DNA of 64,000 nt, taken from NCBI GenBank assembly GCA_010909165.1, contig VJWM01000126.1:372001-436000 (forward strand), read 5' to 3'. Origin of the DNA: Anthoceros angustus. Its lineage: Eukaryota > Plantae > Anthocerotophyta. A program made the position numbers and the translations under genes. Numbering within the stretch: the stretch's first letter is position 1; the number at the start of each line of letters is the position of its first letter. The notes beneath the pieces are model-generated. The model had not been told where the DNA came from, ran no database searches, and saw only the letters and a program-made list of their open reading frames with translations. This document shows, one piece after another, positions 10,552 to 21,055 of this stretch.

Positions 10552-13030
10552 ATGGCCACAGTATGGCAACCGGACCCGTTGTGGACTCAACAAATTGGCG
10601 TGTGTACAGGGATTCTACTAGGAGCTCCCGCTCACCTCACGTTAGGGAGCCAACCCCTGGCCAACAAAGCCTCCAGGTGCAGCAGTGTAAGGAGCCCAGC
10701 ACTTCCAATTCCGATGACATGTGTGGGTGGGGACGGGTTCTCCAACCATGGTCGTCGCCAGGAGCAGGAGCACTTGTGGCAACAGTTTTTTCTGGAGCCT
10801 ACCATGTGGTGGGACAACAGACGAGATAAGAAGAGCTCCCGTTCGCCTGACTTCCGGCGTAAGGGGTCCGACGAGGTGCTGTGGTTAAACAGCATGTTTA
10901 AGCCAGCTTGGGTTGATGAGCAGCTCGTTTCCTTCGATATGCAGATGGGTCATGTTGCCTCTCCTTCCGAGTTCAGTTCTCCGGATAAGCCTGAACCTGG
11001 GAGGAGTGTAGGATCGGAAATGGGCATAGTTAGTGCTGTAACCGTGAGCACATTATGTCAGCAGGGGAAGCTTTCTGAGGCCGTTGGAGCCCTGGAATCT
11101 CTGGCGCAGACAGACTCTGCTATTTGCCAGTCTCTGTTTTGCACTGTGCTGAAACTGTGTACAGCCAAGAAGAATTTGGTTGTGGGGCGACGAGTTCATG
11201 ATCTCAGTGTCAAACTTGGGTACGAGTCGAATGCATACTTGGGGAACCATATCTTGCGTATGTATGCATGTGGAGGTAGGCTAGAAGAGGCCATGGATGT
11301 GTTCACCAGGGTAGGCAGACCAGATGTGATAACGTGGGGTTCCATCATCTCTGCATATGCTAAACATGGGAAACCGAATGAGGCCATACAACTGTACCAT
11401 GAGATGCGGAGGTCTGGAGTGAAGGCGAATGGTCACGTCTTTGTAGCTGCCCTTAAAGCTTGTGCACTTACCGCCGACTTGGAATCTGGCAGAAAAGTGC
11501 ACTGTGATGTGTTGCGCGGCGGCATTCCTCTGGACTTGTTTGTTGGCAGCTGTCTTGTGGACATGTATGCAAACTGTGGCGAACTGACAGATGCACGCCA
11601 GGTTTTTGATGGCATGGTCACAAAGGATGTGGTGACATGGAATGCCCTGATATCTGGGTATGCAAAATGTGGTCAACTGAAAGATGCACGCCAGATTTTT
11701 GACAGCATGGTCACAAAGAATGTGGTGACATGGAATGCCCTGATATCTGGGTATGCAAAATGTGGTGAATTGGAAGATGCACGCCAGGTTTTTGACAGCA
11801 TGACCACAAAGGATGTGGTGACATGGACGGCTCTTATTGCTGGGTATTCGCAGCAAGGACTCAGCCAAGAGGCGCTTGTTTTGTATGAACAAATGGAGCA
11901 AGAAGGCCTCATTTTGGCTAACCATTTTACTTTTGCTTGCCTTCTGAAGGCTTGTGCAAGCACTGGTGCCTTACAGAAGGGCAGGCAGCTGCACTCACAG
12001 ATTGTGGAAAGAGGACTGCTGGATGACGTAGTGTTGAGCACCTGCCTGGTGGACATGTATGCAAAATGTGGTGAAGTGGAGGATGCACGCCAGGTTTTTG
12101 ATAGCATGAACACAAAGAATGTTGTGACATGGAATGCCCTGATATCTGGGTATGGTTCTTGTGATGATGGTCGGAGAGCACTAGCTTGTTTTGAGGAGAT
12201 GTTAGTTGCCGGTATTCCGCCTGATGGGGCTACTTTTAGTTGCCTTTTAACAGCATGCAGTCACGAGGGACTGGTCCATGACGGCCGCAGACACTTTGAT
12301 TCCATGGCTGAACATGGAATCAAACCTACTTGAGCATTACAATTGCATGATTGATCTTCTTGGGCGTGCAGGCCATTTAGATGAAGCAGAGAAGATGCTA
12401 TTATCCTGCGAGGGCCAAAGTAATGTTGTGGGATTGACGTCTTTGTTGAATGCCTGCAAAAGTCACGGGGATTTAGAGAGGGCGATGTGGTGTTTTGAAA
12501 GCATTGTTAGGCTGGATCCCCTGGAGGCGCCCGCCTATGTGCTCATGGCCAATGCCTATGCAGATGCAGGTCGGTGGAGCGATGTAGACAGGATTGAAAC
12601 ACAGAGAGTGGTAGCAGGAGCTAACAAGAAACCTGCAGTGGCAACCATTGAGGTGAATAAGGAGGTACATAGGTTTCTGGTGGGAGAAAGGAGAGAGGAT
12701 ATTGCGCTTAAGGTGGAGAGCACAAATGCACGTCTGAAGCAGGAAGGAGGCCACGTACCTCACACAAAGTTGGTGTTGAAGCCACTGGGTGAGAAGGAAA
12801 AGGAAGATGCGCTTTGTGGGCATGCTGAGAAGCTAGCTCTGGCGTTTGGTCTCTTGAACACTCCGAGTGGGACACCTCTGGTGGTAACGAAGAACCTACG
12901 CATGTGCAGTGACTGCCACAGTTCCACGGAGATCATGTCAAGGCTTGAACAAAGAGACATTGTCGTAAGAGATGGGTTCCGTGTGCATCGATTCGCAGCT
13001 GGTTGTTGCAGTTGCAAGGGTCGACCGTGA
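10552..13030 (+). CDS. PLS-class PPR protein with N-terminal PDF (OSB-type) motif, E1/E2 and a DYW:KP 'GRP' domain; candidate U-to-C organellar RNA editing factor; frameshift at ~12331
   Basis: ORF 10552-12333 carries the P/L/S arrays up to L2 (...HGIKPT). ORF 12278-13030 continues in another frame with S2 (LEHYNCMIDLLGRAG), E1, E2, KKPAVATIEV, HAEKLA, CSDCH and the end CSCKGRP. Confidence 0.92.
11566..11830 (+). repeat. 93-bp near-identical tandem repeats encoding S/SS PPR motifs
   Basis: TATGCAAA..GTGG...GATGCACGCCAG.TTTTTGA..GCATG..CACAAAG.ATGTGGTGACATGG occurs three times, with a fourth related copy at ~12058-12150. Confidence 0.9.
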
Positions 13031-13308
13031 GAAAAATGAAGAACTACCCAGCCAGTGCTAAGGGTTTACGCCAGAGTATTGCTTTTTTCGTCGGGGTGAA
13101 TGTTCTTGCTTATCTCCATTCCTGTCCAAACTGCCTACCTTTGGAACAGCTGGAGAACTGCCTACCTATCCTCGACCATAGCACTCCAGGTCACAAGTCC
13201 CTGAAGTTGTCTGCTATTTACAAGCACACTATTGCAGGCTCCCTCCAGGCTTCCATACTTGGCATACATGATTATAAGACGTTGTAAGATGTGACCACTG
13301 GAACCAGT

Positions 13309-14230
13309 TGTAGGGCAGATATAGCTTAGCACCTACCTACCTTCAATGTTGCTTGATTTGAACATTCGGTGACTGGCATGTCCCAAGACCAGCTAGCTGT
13401 CTTACCCGTTGTCCAGCTGTTTTCGGGCAACACAATTTGTCGATTTCTGAGCCTGCATCCTCCAGGGAAGCAGAGGTGAAGAGTAAAAAGAGGTAGGTAG
13501 TAACACCCCTCACTGCGCAGCAAGTAAGGAAGCGTCAAGTGCTGGCTTCCCAGCGGTCTAGGATCTCGCCAATTCACTCCACAAGAGACTTGCACGATTC
13601 TCAACGCTCTCAACCTCACGACACGGACTACGCTCCAAGTAGCCCACCGTCCACTGACGACTCGCAGGCCACCTCCTCGAGGTGCTGCTCTTTATTGCAA
13701 GAATACAACGATGGAATCTGGCTATCTACGCCCAACTGGCTACTGCCCTTGATTCCATGACAAGCTCACTAGCTAGCTCTCCACAGCTCTCTCAACACAA
13801 GGCTTGCAGCGCACACTTGCCTGCTCTCTCAAAGAGTGAGTCCCACTTGTAACTTCCTCAAAGCCCTTGCTCTAGCCCTTATATATCCCGCAGCCTGACC
13901 TTAACTAGGCAGCTATTAAATCTAGGGATTCTTACAGACCACTAATCACTAAGAGTCCTCTCTAGGCAGCTCTTCATTTGTGGTCAGAAATTCCTCTCTA
14001 ACAAGAGATTGCATGAAGCATGCAACACATGCATCTTCTTAACAGGGCAGCTACTAACTTAGCTTTTTACCTTTTTCAACTTTTCACCTTTCTACCTTAT
14101 TTCACCAGTGCCGTTACTTAGGTACTCTATTATGTCCACTGGCCATATTATTCAAAATATAATTTTTTATAATTAGTGTAATAAATGATTATACAGTAAC
14201 TAAAACATACTAAATTAGTTTTTCCCTACA
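13309..14230 (-). mobile_element. Long terminal repeat (~920 bp), probably the 5' LTR of a truncated LTR retrotransposon
   Basis: Terminal inverted repeat TGTAGGG...CCCTACA. Minus-strand TATATAA at ~13880 and AATAAA at ~13691. Followed on the minus strand by AC-TGG (PBS-like). No TSD. Confidence 0.65.
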
Positions 14231-16601
14231 ATACACTTCACCTTGTGGAACAACTACATGACTTGGAAAAGAAGATCGTCATTTAAGTACTTTAGGAAAT
14301 AGCATGGACAGGCCCCAATTACAAGTTTTTAAAGCCAGGCCCCAATTACAAGTTTTTAAAGCCAGGTTAACATGGTTACTTTCAACATTTTTTGTTTAAT
14401 TATTTTTAAATGAAATATTTTCAAAACAATAATTGTCTATTTTTGATCTATTATTCCACGTTGTGTGTTACATTTATGAGTATCCAAAAGGTGATTCAGT
14501 ATTAATTAATTAAAATTAATAAAAGTTGAAAATTCAAAAAATAAAACGTCCAATGTGTAAAAATTTAAGTTTGTGTGAAAAATTAGGGCCTATTTAGGGG
14601 AGGTCTATTCCGATGTCCTCTGCTCATGCTGTCCTCCTGTGCCTCCCCTCCTAACCCTGACCTGACTGTTTTCCCCCTCACCCCTTACAATTCTCCTCTC
14701 CTTTCACCTTAGCAGCCCATTGCACCAGGCAACACTCTCCGACCAGCTGTTACAAGGGATGAGAAATTCTTGCTCTGAGGCACAAATGCATGAGGAGGTG
14801 GCCACCCATCTTTAGCGCTCTCCTCCCGAAACAGTAAGTACCTCTCAGGTTTAGTGCTCTTGTTGCTCTCCTCATGAAACAGCAAGTGTTTTAAGTGCTC
14901 CTCAAGTATTAGGAGCGCTCTTGTTGAAATTGAGATAATTTGGGAGAATAGGATTTGTGTAGAGGGATCAACCCGCCCATAACCCAAGAAAGCCGTAATC
15001 CCTCCTGCCCAAGCTCTGACACAGCCAGGCGTTGCATGTAGGAGAGCATCAACCAGCTCCTCATTCCTCACGTTGGTGAGCCTCCACGCTAGTTGCCCTG
15101 GTCCCGCCTAGCAGGGGGGTTCACTCTCTCTCTTCAGTGGCCTTGACTTGCCATTCCGGTTTTAACCCCTACACAACTATCTCTATTTTCCGAGAAATTC
15201 AAGCATTGTGGTTTCTGATTTTCTGTAAATGTTGTGATCATATAGTAATTAGAGTAGTGCCAAGCTCTATGCAGGCTTTCCAACAAGCCTTTGGTTGCCT
15301 TCATTGAAGTAGAATTGTAGTTTCCAATGTGAAAGGAACCTCCCAGAGTTTCGGTCGGGATGCCCTTCTTTGGGTCTTTCGAACTGTTCCAGCCATGAGC
15401 TCAGGTAAAAAATACAATTGGAAATGCTGAAAGATCACTGCCAATCACCGCGAGAAATCCAAGGAAAATTGATTGATAGTTCATCAGATACACCAAGAGA
15501 AACGGCGAGGCCCTTTCGTGCCGCGCATGCAAAGCCCCTCCCTAGGTCGTTGTCATTAGTGGACATGGCCGGATTCTCTCTCCTGCCACTCATTACGGAT
15601 CTCAAAGGCGGAGGACAGGTGCATACCCGGAGCCCACGAGGACACCGTCCTCCAGCCTCTGGCTCTCCTACACTCCTCGTGCTCGCTGCACTTGCACGGT
15701 CAGAGGCCCATTTCACCTGGAATAGATATAGAAACTCCCGAACAACAAGCAGTGCACTACACCTCCAAGATGGAGTCGGGAAGTGGTAGCACGTCGCTAG
15801 CCGAGGTAGACTTGTAAGGGCGAGACAACTCGCAATCTCTCATTGGATCTTACCTTTCATGAAAATGTGTGCAAGCAACAATGGGATCGACAATCATGGG
15901 CAACAAAATTAATGTAAGTAATGCATTCCAAAACCAGAACGGTCATTCAAGGCCAGTGAAGAGAGAGAGTGGACCCACCTGCTGGGCAAGTCCATGGCAC
16001 CAGCTAAGTGGCGGGACCACGGCCGGACCATACCACTCTCCTTGCTCGCCGCAGTTCAACCTCGCACTCTGTTTCTTTTCCAGCTCGCGATGCCTCGTCG
16101 CCGTTGCCATGCCCCTCTGCTCCCATTCCGAGGCAATTCAATGGCCTTCAAGGTTGCCAATTTTTGAAACCTGGGCATGGGGTTAATCAATAGTAAAATT
16201 TTAAATTTCTATGAATTAGTTACGATAGAAAAAGTAGGTTCAAAGTCTCGATCCGAAACTCTTGGACGTTTAGTGATTAAAACTGCACTATCATTGGATT
16301 GTCTCTTGCCCATAATTATCGGTCCCACCGTTTCTTGCAGACTTCTCTAAGAAAAGTAAGATCCAATGAGAGACTGCTACTTGTCTCACAATTACAAGGT
16401 CCACCTCGCGGCATGTCCCCGATAACCTCTCACTCTAGTACGTGCATGAACTTGCTTGCCAAATCAGGGTCTTTACTACCTGATCTCTAGTTTTCCGTGC
16501 CTGCCCTTCCCTCATCTTGCCTATTTACCAAACTTGGCCTGCTTGCCTCTCATCTCCCTGCTAACCATCGTGCCATATCTCCAGATCGCCATCGTCGTCA
16601 T

Positions 16602-19600
16602 TGAAGGATCGTGTGGCAGCACATGATGGTGGAAAGAGGAGAGGAGAGGAGGAGGCAAGTGTAACTCTCTCACATTGAGATGAGACTTGGAGGGTATTTA
16701 TACCCTCCAATAGGGCTCCCTAGGAAGCTCCACAAGAAGCCCCTAGGAAGGAGCACAAGAAGCTTCCTAGTGATTAGCTTAAGCTAAACTAATGATACTT
16801 AATTGACACCTAACTTAGACTAAGTGTATTAGTCTAAGTATATTGGGCTTTAATACTCTTACAACCTCCCACTTAAAGGCCAATTTACCTTTGTAGAAGA
16901 ATGGGCTACCGCATGCCCATCAGTGTCCGAGCTTGTGCAAATTGCTCAGAGAGAGTCCCTTGGTAAGAATATCTCAGGGCCGGTGTGTGAACCTTGACAA
17001 GTTGTACCCTCTTGTCATCCAACACCTCTCGAATGAAGTGATACTTCACATCCACATGTTTAGTCTTCGCATGAAACATCGGATTCTTTGCCAATTGATA
17101 GCACTGCTATCACAATGCAACACCGGCACAACCTTGATCCCCAAGTCTCCCACTAAACGAGCAAGCCATATGGCTTCCTTGCAAGCCTCGCTGTCGCAAC
17201 ATACTGGCCTCTGGTAGATAGCGTAATGCACGATCGCAAACGAGATCGCCATGAGATCGCCTCCAAAGGCACATGAAGACATAACTCGATGTGGACCTCC
17301 TTTTGTCCATATCCTGCATAATCAGCATCTGTACCCAACCACACATGCATCTTCACTACCAAAACATATGCACAAAGCTTTTGTACCATTCAGATACCTC
17401 ATAACTCCTTTTACTGCCTCCCAATGCTTCTTGCCAGGGTTTGACATAAACCTGCTAACCACTCCCACTGCAAAGGCAATGTCAGGACGTGTAGCAATCA
17501 TTGCATACATCAAACTCCCTACAGCTGATGAGTATGGGACCTTCTCCATTTCAGCTTTTGTCCTCCTCGTAGCTTGGGCAATCCGCTTGAAAGTTTCACA
17601 TATGGAGGCAATGGAGTACCCAATGGCTTCCCTTCTCCATGTTGAAACGTTGAAGCACCTTAATGTATTCCGTCTCGAGACAAATAAAGTGACGCTTATG
17701 TCTGCTCCGACGAATACGCATGCCAAGTATATGGCTCGCCTCCCAAGTCTGTCATTTCAAAGTGAGCATTCAACTTTGACTTCAACAAATCTCATCAAGA
17801 CTGCTCCAAAGAATTAGCATATCATCCACATAGAGGATCAAAATGAGCAAGCTTTGATCCTTAGCTTGCTTCAGATAGAGGCAATGATCCTCATCGCCAC
17901 GCTTGTAGCCTTGAGAAAGCATAAATGAGTGGAACTTGTGATACCACTGGTGCCTTTTCAAACCATAAAGGCTCTTCCTCAACTCGCACACCGATGCTCT
18001 TTGCCCTTCTCAACAAAACCTTCGTTGCTGCATGTAGACGCCTCTTGAAGGTCACCATGCAAGAATGCCGCCTTGACATCCATCCGCAAGTTCCATATCA
18101 TCCTCGCAACCAAAGCAAGAACACATCGCAAAGTTGTCATTTTGACTACCGGTGAGAAAATCTCATCAAAGTCAATGCCTGGTTGTTGCTTGAAACCCTT
18201 AGCAACCAATCGTGCCTTGTACTTTGGTTTGCCATCAAGAGGTATGACCTTCATCTTGTACACCCATTTGCACGGTAGTGCCTTCTTATCCTTAGGCAAC
18301 CGAACCAACTCCCAAGTTTGGTTCTTATGCAGCGAATTCATTTCTGACTGCATGGCCTTCTCCCACTTCTCTTTGTTACTCATTGACATGGCCTCTTTGT
18401 AAGAAGAGGGTTCCCCACAATCACAAGAACATAATCCAGATGGATCATACCGCCGAGGTCGTAATCCCGCCTCGACGAGCATGTGCACCTCTATAGGTGC
18501 TTGTTCGACTCTTGGTTCATCTACGGTGGAGGAATGTGCTCCGCACATTACCACTATCAACCCGCCCATGATGATCATGTCCATCTTCTTGGAAGATCAC
18601 CCTTCGCACTCCACAGCTTGGAGTAGGCTTCCTGCATCTTGTTCTCATTGAAGAACACGTTAGTACGAACAACCTTTCTAGCCTCGGATCCCACAAACCA
18701 GTATCCCATCTCACTGAATCACCATAGCCAAGAAAAATACATTTCTTGGACTTAGGTGCCAACTTGTCCCGAAACTCTTTTGGAACATGGCAAGATGCCT
18801 CATACCAAACACTCGCAGATGCTTGTAGGATGGTTTCTTTCCGCACTATAGCTCGAACTCGCTCATCAACCTTATTAGGAGATCTGTTAATAAGATGAAT
18901 CAGAGACATCGCTCGCCCAAAACCCATTAGGCAATCCGAGTTTGACAACAAAACCACGCATCCTCTCCTCGAATGGTTACATTCATCCGCTCGCACACCA
19001 TTTTGTGGAGGAGTATACGCATAATTCTCTTTTGATTCCCTTGGAATCACGTAATGACCGGAAAGCTGAAACATACTCTCCACCATTATCCCCCTTAGAC
19101 ACTTCAATCGGTGTGACCGATCTACAAGGGTGACAAATTTCAAACACCGTAACTTCATCCTTTTTCCTCAAAGGATAAAACCCACACCTTGCGTGAGAAA
19201 TCATCTATGAAAGTGACAAAATAAGAGGCACCGCCTAATGATGCAAGAGGCATAGGTCCACATACATCACCGTGAACCAACTCAAGAGGTTTACTCCTAC
19301 TTTTACCTCGTGTTCGATGTGATGATTTTGTCTGCTTCCCATATAAACAAAGGCTCACACATCGAGAGATCGAGAAGTTAAGAATGAGGATATAACGAGA
19401 TAAAACCTTCATTCCCTTCTCGAGACATATGTCCTAACCGCAATGCCACAAGGAAACATTTGGTTGCTCTCGATCACATGATCTTTGATGGTTTACAAGT
19501 GAGTACAAAGTGCCACACTTCGATCCACGAGCTAACACAAGAGAACCTTTGGAGATCTTCCAAGAGTGATCCCCAAACCAAAGTGGTAACCAAAGATCAT

Positions 19601-21055
19601 CCAACCGTCTGCGCTAATCATGCTCTTTGTCAACTTCGAACATGCCTAACGCCCTTCAAAGATGAATGAAGATCCGTTGTCAAACTTGAGTTGCACATCA
19701 CCCACGCCGCGATCCGCATGCATAGTTATTTCCAAGCCTAACGATCCTTTCCTTGTAGCATCATACGTGCTAAACCACTCTATGAGGAGTAACATGGAAA
19801 GATGCACCGAGTCAATTATCCAATTGCGTAATAAATGACTATCCACGGTATTAATTGCAGCATTCAAGTAAGAAGAGATAAGGACATCTCCGTCCTCAAC
19901 AGTAGTTTAACTCTTCCAACTCGATGCAAGTCGCCTTCTTGTCGCCCCGCTTCTCTTTTCCTTGGTCCTTTTGAACTTCTCGCACTCTCTTTTGAAGTGA
20001 CCCCTTTGTGACAATAGTGACACTCCACATTCTTGTTACGACTACGAGATTTGCTACGAGAGAAGCTTACGTCGGTTGCTTCCCTTCGCGGTGGACCTCC
20101 CTCTCACTATGAGGGCACCGGAACCTTTGGAAGGTTCCATGTTTTCTGTTCACCTCCTCGATTAACAGCTACCTTCTACATTTACAATGGTAAGACCACT
20201 AGCGAGGCGAGAATTACTTATGTCTGGTGTCCCAACTCTCCGTAATGTGACCAGCGAAACATAGCTCTCACGGAATGGGCGTGATACCTTGAGATGAGAG
20301 TCGGCTGAAAATGGTATTGAAATCATTCGGATGATCGGACATCCTCGTCCCTTCCTTCATCTTCAAGTCCACCACCATTTCAACCAATACACCCGAGAAG
20401 CCGCACTTTGCTTCTCATACAGTCACACGCACCGTCCGTAACTCGTGGTCTTATCTTTCACATTGAAGTACCTTGTTTTTGACAATGTTAGCATGATAGT
20501 AGATCTAGCAAGCTCATCCAGTCCCGCCACTCATCACATGTCATACTATACGGTTTTGGCGCCTAACAACTTTATGGGCTTGATCGCTTTTTACTAAAAC
20601 ATATGCACAAAGCTTTTGTACCATTCGGATACCTCATAACTCCTTCATCGCCTCCCAATGCTTCTTGCGGTTTGACATAAACACTAACCACTCCCACCGC
20701 AAAGGCAATGTCGGGGCGTGTAGCAATCATTGCATACATCAAACTCCCGGTATGAGTATGGGACCTTCTCCATTTGACTTTGTCCTCCTCACTCGATACC
20801 GGTTGAAGGATCGTGTGTGACATGATGGTGGAAAGAGGAGAGGAGAGGAGGAGGCAAGTGTAACTCTCACATTGAGATGAGACTTGGAGGTATTTATACC
20901 CTCCAATGCTCCTAGGAAGCTCCACAAGAAGCTCCTAGGAAGGAGCACAAGAAGCTTCCTAGTGATTAGCTTAAGCTAAACTAAACTAACTTAATCGACA
21001 CCTAACTTAGACTAAGTGTATTAGTCTAAGTATATTGGGCTTTAATACCCTTACA
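16602..21055 (-). mobile_element. Full-length degenerate Ty1/copia LTR retrotransposon (gag-PR-IN-RT-RNaseH)
   Basis: LTRs at 16602-16863 and 20804-21055 (TG...CA). TSD GTCAT at 16597-16601 and 21056-21060. PPT next to 16864. Degenerate Met-i PBS at ~20791-20801. Fragments WIIDS (PR), LELVHGDVCGPM..FIDDFSRK (IN), KARLVAKGF / LYVDDML (RT) and TKHVDVKYHFIRE (RNaseH). Many frameshifts. Confidence 0.95.

Noticed and set aside
14240-16596. Probable repeat or DNA-transposon sequence hosting the copia-1 insertion (includes a 27-bp tandem repeat at ~14330)
   Set aside because: No recognisable domain, TIR or TSD, so it cannot be classified.
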